Assembly: GCF_009834535.1 (NCBI RefSeq)
Contig: NC_045696.1
Location: forward strand, 31,808,001-31,872,000
Reading direction: 5' to 3'
Source of the DNA: Camelus ferus
Lineage: Eukaryota
DNA length: 64,000 nt
Shown one piece after another: positions 14,621 to 28,200 of the stretch. The position numbers and the translations under genes were made by a program. The first letter of the stretch is position 1. The number at the start of each line of letters is the position of its first letter. The notes beneath the pieces are model-generated. The model was not told the origin of the DNA and did not search any database. It saw nothing but the letters and a program-made list of their open reading frames with translations.

Positions 14621-15642
14621 CATTGTTTTATATCTCCAGATATCAATTCTATTCTACTAATCTCTGTATACACACTCACTACTTACACAGATTTCAATAT
14701 TCTTGCTCTGTAAACAGTAAGGAGCTATGTCTACCTGGCTTACTATTTATACCTAGAATTGAACAAGTACTCAATAAGTCTTTTAGTATGAATGAGGTGA
14801 GAGTTACTGCCACACAAAACTGGAGAAGTGGAAGAGGACACCTGTGGAATGGATATGCCCCAAGTCAGTATCTCTAGCCACCACGTCTGGGACTCTTAAA
14901 TGTTCTACAATGCTCTCAACCAGCAGAACCAGAAAACAGATAAGAAACATTCTTTCCCAGGATGTCTGAGGTAATATTGAGAAAATAAAGCTTTCTTTAA
15001 AAAAAATATTTTACAGCCTTCATCAACTGCTGGTCAACCACATCAGCTGGGAAACATTGGGACAAAGTGAATCTGATGTTTCTTTAAATAAATAGCAGAA
15101 AGTCAGTATTGTTTTCTAACATTCTGGAGTCAACACCTCAGAAGGCCTAACTGCTGAAAACAGTTGCGGAGGATTTTGTTGGGCCTTAGTGTCATTGTCC
15201 TATACTCCAAGGGACAAAGTTGAGATCTAATGCTGAAGCATTTAGGGGTATATATCACTGAATTTGATGCATCTCCCTAAGTTAAATCCCCAGTTCTTAA
15301 TATAAGTGTGTTTTCCTGTCATTTGGTCTCATTCACCATACAAACCCAGGTCAAAGATTCCTTCATAGGTGAGCCTTTCTTGCTTTCTTCTCCCTGATCC
15401 TCCTTTCTACCCTCAATCACATGGCATATCCTATCATACAATGATGTATCAGTTTGCAGGTTTCTATGGTTTAGCTCTTAAAGTACAATGCCTGTACTTC
15501 CAATATGCAGTACAAGACATCATACAGGGTAAAAATTTTTTTAAATGTTTATTGAACTAAATTAGTCTTGTCAGCTAATTATGAAGCAGCAGAAGAAATT
15601 TTGCCTAAATAAGGGCCTGAGTGAGTTGTATCTGAATCAATG

Positions 15643-16240
15643 GATCATGGAATTTCAGGGCTGAAAGGAGCCCTAAAGGTCATCCTGCCCAACACATCTT
15701 CCAATGCTTTAAATTCATTTACAACATCCTATTTAAACAATTAATGATGAGGAGCTTACGACATCTAGAATTAGTTTATTTCATCACCAGTAAACTCAGA
15801 GTTTAAAAATTATACCTTACCTATATAGAAAGTACTTGAAAAAAAAAGTTATACCTCAGGTTAGCAAAAACTTACTTTCCTTTAGCTTCCACCTAGAGCA
15901 AATCTATTAATACCTTCTTTCATATAACAACCATCCAAATGTTTCAAGACATTAATGTTTCTTGCAACTTTTCTTCTTCAGGAAACACATTCCTAGTCTT
16001 CCATATATGGTTCACTAGTGTGGTTCCAATGTCTGTCTCCATTCTTCAGTAGACTGACCACTGAAGAGTCAGGCAGGACTATTGCACCTCCCTTCCTTGT
16101 CCTTCATCTTATATTTACACCAGTTTACAAAGCTTGCAGCACAGTCACTATGAGATGGCTTCAGCATATTGTGAACAGAATCTCCTAAATCTTTTATACA
16201 ACCTGTTGCTAAGTTGAGCTCCTCCACCCCCTACTTAAGG
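15643..16240 (-). mobile_element. CR1/L3 LINE 3' fragment
   Basis: atcatggaatttcagggctgaaaggagccctaaaggtcatc...gatgaggagcttac...cttcttcaggaaacacattcctagtc...gcaggactattgcacctcc resemble the reverse-oriented L3 3' end. Confidence 0.55.
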
Positions 16241-19219
16241 CCATGTAATTTGACTTTTAGTATTGGTTTTATTTATATAGTAAGAAGCCACAATTAAGAG
16301 GCTATTTTTATGCGTAGCATGCAGAATATGTTTTATACTATTATGGAAATAACTAAAATAATCAGAAAGTTTAATATGAAAGATTTTAATATACACACAA
16401 AATGCTTTTAAGCTTTGGTTTCTTTCCCTAAACACTCTATCAAAAACTAAAATTGTGTCCTGCTTTACAAGACACAATAAGTTAAAAGAGACAAGTTAGC
16501 ATAACTAAATTATAGCAAAAGTATATTCAATATTAAATAAAGTCACATATTATATTACATTTTAATAGAATCAGAAAAACTTAAATAAAAGAAAATTATA
16601 GCACATGGGAAACAATAAGGTTTTTACATTTTAGTTACAGAAGCATGGTATTTAGCACTTCAACATGAGAATCATAGTATTATAAATGCTAGGAAATTAC
16701 AAAAATTCTTTTTTGAATACTTTCAAATCCACTGGTTTGCTATAAAAGTACATAACTTATGGTATAAAGATACATAAGTAATGTAGTAAGAGATGGAAGG
16801 CATTATGAAAATGGACAAATCAATGAATAAATATCACAGTCTATGATTCTAAAAAACAAAAATACAAAGCAAAAATGGAATAAGGTAGAGTGGAATAAAA
16901 TCTAAGAGGAAGTACATTAATTAAATTATGAGTTCCTCAAGCTACTAAAGACTTGTCAACTTTGAAAACTTACCCAGACAATGTGAAAAATTAAATTTAC
17001 CTTTTCTTCATGTCAGTCATATTATATATAGAAAAATTTTCAGTCAACTTTGAATAAGTTACTATCCAATTAACATGTGAATTAGTAAAATGTTACAATG
17101 AAAAAACTCTAGCATTTATTTTCTTCCAAATTCGGTATCTGGTATCAGCATCAATAACAAAAGCAATTAAGAAGAGAAGAAATGAAGTAGAGACAGAAAT
17201 GAAAATTACTGCACAAAAATAAAAAGCAACATGAGAAAATGATAGAGAAATATTAGTTATATATTATTCACTTTTGGAAATATACTACAATTGAGTCATA
17301 ATCATATTTCTATCTGGAGATGGAATACCAGTGTTAGAAAGATAAGAGACACAGCCATAAGAAACCAAAAAAACTTTGGCAATAATGTGCAAAGGAACAA
17401 AGTTTGAATAGTACCAATGAGGCTGAAAAAGTAACATGCCATGTTTGAGGTATATATTTCATTTTTCCCAACAGGAAAGACTATGACATCACAAATGGTT
17501 TGGTTTTTTCAGAGGGCAAAAGCATACAATACTAGAAATGACTGAAGAAATAAGAAATTCTGGGAGATGTGTGATGCTAATGGTAAAAACTATAATGTTC
17601 ATAGTTTTGCTAATGCAACGTATTTTAGCAATTTTTAAACCAACAAAACTCATATCAATAGGAATACCTACATCAGTAAACAAGTATACATTCCCAACAT
17701 TGACATGAGACACTAGAAACTAAAGAATACTTCTAGATAAATGCTACATAACTTTCATTGAAATTTTCCTCAATTTTCTAACCAGGTAAAAAGTAAAAAT
17801 GATAATGAGATGTTGAATTAAGTATCTAAGATACAAAAATATCATTAGAATGATTCTGCTAAGTCAGTACAACTTTTCGTATCTCAGTTCACAATACAGT
17901 GTGTTGAAACCTAGTTAAACGGCATTTTATTTCATTGTCAATGTCAAATGGTTAGTTTATATAACCAAACAACTGTTTAATGTCGCAGTGACCTACCACA
18001 GAAAGACAGCCCCAAGATTGTATTCTACAATTTGAGGCTTGAAAAACTATTAAAATAGGTGCTAACAATTTCATTTTTGCTTTTAGTACTTACTGCTGTC
18101 TCTCCATTCATTTTCTAAGAAATCAGAAAATAATTTCATCACACTTGCCCTGTTTCACGTCAATAATAAATAATAAATTATGTCAATGTATGTGTGATTA
18201 AAAAACTCATTCTGTACAATGATTTCCACCGGTATCACTCTAAGTTTCTTTTTGTTTTGATTCTAACACTTTTATGTTTTACAGGCATTACATTTTATTG
18301 TATTTGATAGAATACTACTTTCTGTATGGTACAATTTCCTATAAAAATATAATACCATAAACAGGATTTAACAAAAAATATGGTATAATGTTCTTCTATG
18401 GGTTTTCATCTACATAGTAAATGAATTTGCTGTACTGGAAATTTGGCTGTAAGTGTAGTTTTTGCCTTTTAAGAATTTTGCTGAGAGACATCAACTTGGC
18501 CTGTCCTCATTTATGCCAGCTTTCTTTTCTATTCTTTCCATACACAGCTGCAGAATACAGACTACATATAAATAAGACATATTTAGAAAGTAAACTTCAA
18601 ATTTCTCAGAGACTTACAGCAACTCATCTAAAATGAATCTTTTCAATTTAGATATGATAGGCCTTTTAAAATAGTAAATCTTAGCACTAAATAAAGCTCA
18701 GTAATAATGCTTCCCATCATCTATCTCCTCAGTCTGTCTACTGTTTTGATGACCTAAATCTGTTTACCTAGTGCAAAGGACTATGGGAAAGAGGCTGGAT
18801 TCTTTCTTATCATTAGCTTCAAAACAATTAGGAGAAAAGGAAGTCTTTACCACGTTATTTTTCCAACCTGACACAATTTTATTCTTCCAAACAGCTACCA
18901 CAACTGAAGTAAATACAACACTGTATATACAGAGAAGACAACTCAGGCAATGTGGGCAACTTCCCACAATGTGGGAAAGACATCAGCAAGAAGCTGCACT
19001 TGAGATTGGTACAGTATCTGTCCACAGAGTGAAAAAAGAGAAAAGAGATTCCAGGTAGAGAAGGAAGAGATGAAAGGATATTTTGTGCTAAGAAACAACA
19101 AATATTAAATAACTCAGAAGGGTAGTAGAAAATTATGTTGTAAATATAAATATAGGAGTTGTATGTCATGCTAAGAAATTTGAACTTCATTGTATAAACA
19201 AGTTAAAATATTACAAAAA

Positions 19220-19440
19220 TAAATAGTGAAATTTCATAGAGCATTTACTATGTGCCAATTATAGGAACAAGTGATAATCCTATTAAATTCTTAAAACCAC
19301 ATTATGAGCTAGACACTACTGTTATGTTCCAATCACTAAAATGAAAAAACTGAGGAGCAAACAACTAATTCATTTGCTTCTGGTAGAAAAATCCTAATTT
19401 TTGCCAATGAGAATCCAGAGTTTGGGTTCTTAAACACTTC
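19220..19440 (-). mobile_element. MIR SINE
   Basis: gagcatttactatgtgcca...aaaatgaaaaaactgagg, the reverse-oriented MIR core and tail. Confidence 0.6.
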
Positions 19441-19769
19441 AACAAGCTGCCATTCTAAGAAATCATATTTGTATAATATATGAATGTAAAAAGTCTGACA
19501 CTGCCTTATTATAATTACTTAGGAATGTTTAACTGTGTAAATTTAATTTTAGTTTGAAATCCAATAAACACAGTAAGAGTATCTTGAAAGTATTGGAAAT
19601 GTGTCATTAAACATTCTTTTGTACTGTAGTTCCTTTGCTTTCTTACTGACACTCCATAGCATTTTTCTTTACCTTTTATGATTCTATTTCTTTGTAAGTG
19701 CTTCAGATATAATCAGTAAATAGTTTGAGAGTTTCACTACTTAGATTTATATGTATCAAAAACTTCTGT

Positions 19770-20190
19770 AGTAATGGAAGCACTCTAAGAGTCCATCAAA
19801 AGATGAATAGATAAAGATGTGTATATATATAATGGAACACTATTCAGCTTTAAAAAGAATGAAACTTTGCTATCTGCAGCAAGATGGATGAATTTTGAGG
19901 GTATTATGCTAAATGAATTTAGTCAGATAGAGAAAGGCAAATACTGTATGATATTACCTACATGTAGAATCTGAAAAATATAACAAACTAGTGAATAAAA
20001 CAATAAAGAAGCAGACTTACAGATATAGAGAACAAACTAGCGGGGAGAGGGAAGGGGGAGGGAAAAAGGGGTAGGGGGAAAAAGGGTGATTATGGGATTA
20101 TATGAAACCATGTGAATGAAACTTTTGAAAACTGTAAAGCACTATAGAATTTAAAGTGTCTTTCATTCAATTTAAAAATAGTATTAAAAA
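19770..20190 (+). mobile_element. 5'-truncated L1 3' end (cetartiodactyl-type)
   Basis: gagtccatcaaaagatgaatagataaag...gagggtattatgctaaatgaa...cagatatagagaacaaactag, a G-rich tract, then an A-rich end. Confidence 0.85.
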
Positions 20191-20317
20191 ATTCCACAGT
20201 ATATCAACTTTGGCATGGTCAAATCAAATTTACATCTAAAATAAAATGATAAAGATTTACCCATGGTCTGGCTTTTAAGGTGCTGGAGTCCATGATCTAA
20301 AACAAATAAATAGAAAA

Positions 20318-20520
20318 GGTTTTGGAATCTGACTCAGCTGGGTTAAAATCCCAGCTCTGCTACTTACTTAATCTACGACTCTGTCTTTGGGAGATTACTT
20401 AATTTATTTGATGCCCACTTTCTTATTTCTAAACTGCAATAATAATACTTAGGTTGTATGTTTCTGGTAAAAATTATAAGATGAAATACTAAAATGCTAA
20501 TGTATTGCCAGATATGATAA
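20318..20520 (+). mobile_element. MIR SINE
   Basis: tttggaatctgactcagctgggttaaaatcccagctctgctacttact...gattacttaat. Confidence 0.65.
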
Positions 20521-22447
20521 TTTCAAAAAATGGTACTGCCAATATTATTCTTAGTGTTGCTCTTACTCTTGTTATCACTAAGAGTTTGCCAGCCCAGTCC
20601 TCTCCCAAAGTCAACTATCCTAATAACTTTAATCATTGATTTTAACTCACTGCCAGATTTTCCATGTTAATGTACAAAATCAGTTGTTGTCACCATTATT
20701 GTTTTAAATTCATTCTGTACTTTAGTTCTTCCACCTCTATTATCCGGTACAATGAACTGACCGTGGTACAGATATCACCGGCAAACAACCCCTAGGAGTA
20801 TGGTCTTCAGGGATGGCTTCATATCTACTTTCTTTAGCATACTGATGAATTTGAAGCAAAAGTTCTTGAGACTTAAGGTAGAGGGTTTTTTTTTTCCAAC
20901 TATTCTAATATAAAATAATATATTTTAAAAATGCCATGTTATTCCAGTTGAATCTAATTGGCTGACTTTTTTTGGCCAAGGCTGACATATTTTAGAATAT
21001 TTGATACTATACTGTGTTTTCTCTAAAAAAACTTTTCAGATAGGGTTAACATTTCTCAGTAAAATTGTGAAATGGAAGTTTCCCAGAGATCACATCAGAT
21101 GTTGTTGACATACAGGGTTGAAAGAAGAAAAGGAAAATATTGTCTGCTTTGCTTCCCTACCAAAAATTTGAGTCCTACTATGTCCCTCAGAGTCTGGGTT
21201 TTAAACATCTGGATTAACAAATGGAACAAAAACATGTTAGTATAATTATTACCATTTCCTTTCTGATTCAAAATATTTTCTTATCAAAAACATTTTTTAT
21301 TTGTTGTCATTACTAGCCATATGTAAAAGCATTTTTCTTTAAGGTTTGATTCTTGGATAAATTTATGCATAATTGACATATAAACATATTAAATTTTTTC
21401 ATTTTAGTTTTTCTTGTAATACAAAAGGTGTGTGCATGAATTCATATATATGTATCCACACACATATATACATATTTACATAAAATACACTTTTTAAAAT
21501 CCAAGGTTATTTTTAATTTCCTTTTAACTTATCCTAAATTTCACTTATTTCTTTGTTTCAACATAGTCTCAATCATGTACCTTCTATCATCTTTCTAGTT
21601 AATTGTACCTATCATTACTGTAACCATCTTAAACCTGCAAAATAAACTCTCAAAACTGCCCTCATAGATTTTGAGAAGCAATGAATTCTTCTAAATGTCA
21701 GTCATCAGTTGTTGTCTGTATTTAAAATATTTCACTTGATAATCACTGAAATTTCAATTCTTACTTTGGATCACCTGCATTTAGTTGTAATATAGCACTA
21801 TTCATAAAAAAAAGGTAATGTTCCACACTTTATATTCAAAGGAGCCAATAGCTCTCCAAATCAATGGCACCTCTCAAAAGCGAACACCTAAATTTCAAAT
21901 AAGAATTCAACCAATACAGTTATGCACAGAGGTTATGTTTCCTGTGTAAGGCTATGAAGATGGCCATCAGAAGGAGCCCTCTATGGTAGTATTCATTACT
22001 TAAGCAAATTTGCTCTGGCCAAAGTTCTGCCCCGCAATACTGCAGATACATAAACCTGATTTTGTCAGCACAGATATAGTGCATTCATGTCTCAGGACCA
22101 GATATTGACCAAGCTCACGAAACTGATGTATCAAAACAGAAAGTCAATTGTTCTGCAGATAGAGTGCAATGGGTTCCTAACCCTCCTTCTGGCTATTACT
22201 CTTTGTTGTTTGTTTTCCACTTTTAATCAAATGACCCCTTCTACCTTACTACAAGTGCAATTTTTTTCCACATCACAGTCCACTAACTGTAAGGAAATGG
22301 TAAGAGGAATTAGAGCATCCCCCAATTTTATTGCCTACCCCCATTTAGAACGTTGTCAGTTTAGGAGCAGAATTTCTCTACAATTTTTTTCCATGTGCCC
22401 AATTCTTCTTTAACAGAACGGAAAGGAGACGAACCCTCTAAATTAAA

Positions 22448-22479
22448 AACAACAATAACAACAACAACAACAACAACAA
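22448..22479. repeat. (AAC)n microsatellite, imperfect
   Basis: Read directly from the sequence. Confidence 0.9.
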
Positions 22480-24704
22480 AAACAGGAGCAATAAAACAAA
22501 CCACTTCTATAAAGTTCCAAATCCTTAATATTTAATGTCTGTCTAAATCTTCACTGGGTTTACATTCGTCATTGAACACATAACCCCTGCTTTTCTTGTG
22601 TGATAGTTTTCCCAAGTGCTTAAATGCACTTTTATTTAAGTTTTCCTGATTCTATTAAAATGTAACGTAAAGTGTGACTTTATTAGGACATTACATATAT
22701 TGAATACGTTTTGTTAAAATTTAGTTATGTCAATTTGTCTCTTCACTAACTTATTATGTCTTATAAAGCAGGACATACTTTTAATTTTTGATAGTGTTTA
22801 GGAAAAGAAACTAAAACTTAAAAAGCATTTAGTGCATATGTTAAAGTCTTGTATATTGAACTTTGATCATTTTAGCTATTTTCATAATAGTATAAAATAT
22901 ATTCTGCATGCTTCTTCTAAAAAAATAGCCTCTAAATTGTGACTTCTCATTATACAAATAAAGTCAATATTGAGACAAATCTCTTTAATTTCCTATTCAT
23001 TAAAATGGAAGATATACTATAAAAAAAGAATAATTTTAAATGCATTTCTTATATATACTGCCCAATTTGAACAAGAAATTCAAAGACACTTCATGTGTTC
23101 AGTTGCATTCAAGCCTAGCACCTAAAATGGGATTTCCACACAGTATATTGTAATATCTAATTGTTATTTCATAATAAAAAGTTGTCACAAGGCCTGAAAT
23201 ACTCAAATCCATGTAAATTGTGTATTTTTTTTTGAACTACAAGGAGAGGCTAGATAGAAATGTTCTTACTTTACAAGGAATCAAAAAAGTCAGGTGACTC
23301 AAGTGTTCAGTGACAAGCAAGCTAGGAGAGCCTCTCATCATCCATCCCATACTTAAGGCAGAGTTACGAACAGGAGGAGGATGGAGAAGTGGGAATGGGG
23401 GTTGGGGAGGAAGAATGCACATGAGCAGAGTCTTCACATTATTGGTTAAGACTCTATCCAAAAGACACGGATGGGTACCGCTAAAGTTTATCCCAGTTCC
23501 TCTCCTTTATCTAAGGTTCTGTCACTGACCAACTCTCCTCATGAACATCTACATCCTTAACCAGCTGTGTTAATATATGTACTCAGGTAACAAGTCACAT
23601 AGGCCTGGAAATTATTCTTTCTCTTTCCAATTACCTTCACTTTTCTGCTCTGCTCTGCTCTATTGTTCATTTCATTGTTAATCTCTCATAGCGCTATTAT
23701 ACTTACTTCAAAAATTTTGAGTAAGACCCAACTATAATCCTAAGCAACAATATTTATGTTCATATACTAAATATTTCTCATACAACAGTTTTATTAGTCC
23801 TTATTTATATAAATTTATATAACATACAGGATCTCTTTAAATCTAGTCACATTGGAAGAAAATCCATTGCTAAAATGATTAATTAGGATGAACTGTGTCT
23901 CATTTTGATTCATAGCACAGGTTTGTGAATTCTAGTAAAATGACCAAGCATGTCTCCATTTACTTGACCAATGAACAAATGTAAATTACTAAAATTAAAT
24001 AAAATGTATTAAGTATACTGTCTTCTTGTTAGGTATTATGGAGGAAAAGTCTCACCATTCTTACCACGAATCCTTGTATGAAGAACTCGGCATGTTTTGT
24101 CTCTTCATTAGAAAATCAATTGACAATGCATAAAATGCAAAAATCCTACATATTAATTATAACTTCATACATAAACATCAATCATTTCTTTGTGTGACAT
24201 AAGAATGATTATGACTATGATAAACCACAAAACATAAAATTCCAGAGCTTATTCTGTCAAAGTAAATTCTCAATATTTTCTGTCAAGCTTAGTCCTGTTG
24301 AGATACTAATTGTTAAACTCTATTTCTAATTTGGCTGGAACCACTACCATGACTCCCAATGTTTACGCTTGCTTAAATATAGTTAGTTGAAGTTGAAACC
24401 TGTGCCCATGGCTAACAGCAATTTTAATCATACTGATCAAATGCCTCCCAAATCCAAAGACCAGGATCAGATTAACCCTCTATTTTTCAAAACCAAATAA
24501 AAAAACAAAAGGCAGAAGCAGAGTATATTGCCTATAGTCCTTCAGAGGTTACCAAATCTAGAGCTTTCTGAATGGCAGTCTAGTAGGGAGGATTTAGAAT
24601 ACATAGTTCATATATTAGATTATGCAAAGGAAGCATTTTTTCTTGAATTTTTAATCCAATCAATCAAATATACATTTTCCATATAGTGTGTGAACTAGAT
24701 TCTC

Positions 24705-24872
24705 GCTTGTCAAAGCATGGTTCTTGGCAGTATCAATGGCAGTATCACATGGGAGCACCTTAGAAAGGCAGAATCCCAGGTCCTATCCGACACATACTGA
24801 ATTACATTCTGCTTTTTAATCAAATTCTCCAGGTAAATTCATATGTACAAGAAGTTTTGGAAACACTGGCCT
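24705..24872. mobile_element. MER5A-like hAT-Charlie DNA transposon
   Basis: gcagtatcacatgggagcaccttagaaaggcagaatcccaggtcc...tactgaat...ttttggaaacactggcctag. Confidence 0.7.
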
Positions 24873-25216
24873 AGATAATCTTCAACAAAAATATAAATTG
24901 TATTTTATGTAAATTTCTTAGAAATTTATGTTAATTGTGCATTTATTTCAATGAGTTTAGGAATTGTATTTCCATATCCCTTCTTAGTTAAAAGCATAAA
25001 GTCAGTTCAATATAATAATTAGAATGTTTGTACTAAACAAAACACAAGACACATTCAACTAACCATTATGCATGTTAAATTTTAAACAGAAATATATTTC
25101 AAAGGAAATTAATCTATATATTTTGAACTAATTTATACTCACATTTTTAAAGCACACTTTTGATGTCTATAAAGTTTCAAAAGTTTTATGTGTATGTGTG
25201 TGTCTTTGTTCATACC

Positions 25217-25296
25217 AGAAATTTCAGGATATTATGTATAGATCTTGAAATTTATTCAAGAAATTTCAGGATATTATGTATAGATCTTGAAATTTA
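25217..25296. repeat. Perfect 38-bp direct repeat (period 42) of a self-complementary unit
   Basis: agaaatttcaggatattatgtatagatcttgaaattta at 25217-25254 and 25259-25296, with a ttca spacer. Confidence 0.95.
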
Positions 25297-28200
25297 AAAC
25301 TAAAGTTTTAAAGTGTATTTAACTTAGAAAACTATGATTTACAATTCCAGTCAAAATTAACATTACTTAAAATAATTTATTGCACCAAAGCTCCAACATA
25401 GAGAAAAATCCATTTAAAGCAATCAATTTGCTATTTTTAACTCTATGCAGCAAAATATACTGATAGGCTTCGATTATGCAATTTTAAGTAAAATGTTAAA
25501 ACTACAGTGACATATGTGAGTGAATGCTTAATTTTTCCCTTATATTACCTCTCAAGTAATTTGCAAATATTAAGGCTAAAAATGGGATCTTCTTCATAGG
25601 TATGCTGTTTAGACACAGGCAAAAGACTGATAGTAATATCCTAAAAAGAAAAAAAAAAAAACCTCCAAAAAGTGTAACTGCCAAATATGTGAGCAGAAAG
25701 TGGAGAAGAGAAAGGAAGAAACAATTAGTGAGGTTCACAAAGTCAGAGAGGAGCATAAATTATATAATCAGATCTATCATATTTCCCATAAATGAGTAAG
25801 AGAGTTACATTAGCTTCCTTTGGAAATGAGTCAGGAATTGGCCAGGCACACTACTCATTTGTCTCTCTTTCACTAACATATTTGTCTTCTTTCTCCCTAA
25901 ATCAAATGAATGATCAATATGATGTAGCTATAGGGATATTGACTTGGTTTTCCTATGGTCTCAGAGAATAAGCTTTACTGAAATTTTGATCATATAATTC
26001 TTACTTAAAATAATACTACTGAAGATGATAATCTATCATACAATTTCAAGTACATGATAATTCTATTAAAAAGATTTTAATGAGAGTTGCTGCTTCTCTA
26101 AATCACCAATATACTCTCCTAAGTTATTAAAACTTTATTATGCAAGAAAACAATGCATTTTCCTATTAAGTCACTAAATAACCAGAGAACTCTACTGTTT
26201 ATGCTGTGCTCGAAGTTAAATAGATGTGAATTGGGGTTGATTATATCCATTGTCTTTTCTGCAAGCACAGCCAACTTTCAGGTCTGTAGTGGATATATCT
26301 CTTACTGTTTTCATTCTTTCCCTTTCCATTCCCTCCTTTTTTCCCTTCCTTCCTCCCTCCCCTTTTTCTTTCCTTTTTTTCCCACTTTTTTTAAAAACAG
26401 GAACATAACAGTGTGAAAATTCAGTTAAGGAGTTTTCAATAACAAACAAAGATCCAAATTTTTGAAAACATGGAGTCAAGAATTACATCTTTTCATTTTT
26501 ATATCTCTTCAGTGTCTACCTTGTGAATGGCAAGGCCTTAATATGCTGACTTGAGTTCATTTTCAGAACAAATAGTTATACATGGAACTGACAATAATGT
26601 TTTTGCCAGCTAGAATCTCATTTTTCTCCAGGATTATTTTTTTCATATAGTAGTTCATACACTTTCAGCCTGAATTTCTAATTTCAGGCAATACAATGGA
26701 GTGCCCTAATGAGATGGTCCTGTCATATGTGAAGCCTCACCTAGCCCTGGGATCTCTCAAGGAGATAGTTCAAAGTCATGCAGAAACAGAAGCCAAAATC
26801 AGTCTGTAAGAAACTAAATCTTTGGACAGAGCTGCAGTTTCTTAAGGTCAATCCTCTCTTTACATCAGGCTAAGGCCTCGGGCCATCAGACTGCATTAAG
26901 CTTGGGTAACACAGATAGTAAGAATACTGACCTTAACAAAGTGTACCCTTTAGGGGAAAGACAGTCCTTGAAATACACAGAAATTGTTTCTGCATATTTC
27001 AGCTTCTTACCATCCAGTTAGTATTTCCCTAGTGTAATAGTAGGATCCCTTATGCCCTAATTCTAATCCAAAATCACTAGTTTTTGACCAATATCATTCT
27101 GAAATCTATTCAACTTCTGGGACTATGAGATCAGAAGCCAAACTTTTTAGAATCTTTATATAACTCATATACTCAAATATTTTACATTGTAGCCCCAAAG
27201 AGTCCCTATCAGTCCTACCTAAGGAACTTGAATACTGGCAACCTGCCTGATAAAATCTGAGGACATATTAACACCTTGACTGGTCCTTTTCTTGAAACTA
27301 ATTTAGTAATTTCCTGCTGACTAAAACTCTGAAATTAGATATAAATCCTAATAATTCTCAGTCCAGACTACCTTAAGGAAACAAAAAGACTGGTTGATAC
27401 AGTTAAAGCTAACCATTATTGTTTGAAAATTTCAGTGCATTAGATTTTGAAGAAAAATGATTTTACAATAGAGCTTGGCTGAGATCTGATGGAATTCTAT
27501 TCTGATCAAACTACACATCTAATTGAAAACAATTGTTACAAAATAAATCTCTAATTTAGTGTGGGAAGAAAAGAAATATTTTTAAGGGGAAGTAGAGGGA
27601 AAATATAACTGTTTGTTATGAAAACAATTTAAATCACTGGTTGGGTGGGAAAAGAGGTTTGAACGTGACTTACTGTTCACTATATGCTCTATGGAAACTT
27701 TGATGTTTGCATTAAATTTTAAAAATACACACCAAATAAGGCATTAGGACTTGTCAATAGTCAAAATCAACTTTAGAGATAGAAACAGTTCTTTATTGAA
27801 AGACAAAGAAATTACAGAAATTACAGAAAAGCCCTACTAAAGAATTTTTCTTGGCTACATTAAGTCACTATTCTCAAACCATTTCAAATAGTAATTATAT
27901 TGGGGACTAAAACAAAAATTGCTAATCAATGAACTTAGTAATTCTTCCTAAGGAAGGTAACAGGATGGAGTGAGGAAGAAATGAAAAAAAGAAAGAGGCA
28001 TCATTTCATTTCAAGAAAAAGCAGTATCTTTTCCTTTCTCTTCTTCCAAGAAGCATGAAATGGAAGACTGCAGTGAAAGTGTTTGAAAAGGCGAAAGAGG
28101 TGCTTTGTCGTGCATAATCTGACTGCAAAGGCAAACAGATTAAATAAATGGTGATGGAAACAAGAAAAAACTATAAAAATACTGTAAAAAGAGTAACAAG

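Noticed and set aside
18961..18977. Inverted pair of RBPJ/CSL-like sites (ttcccaca-a-tgtgggaa)
   Set aside because: Orientation and 1-bp spacing do not fit a paired CSL site, and it lies in L2-like decayed sequence.
25217..25296. Palindromic direct repeats resembling a mini CRISPR array
   Set aside because: Only two units with a 4-bp spacer, no cas genes, and a mammalian context.
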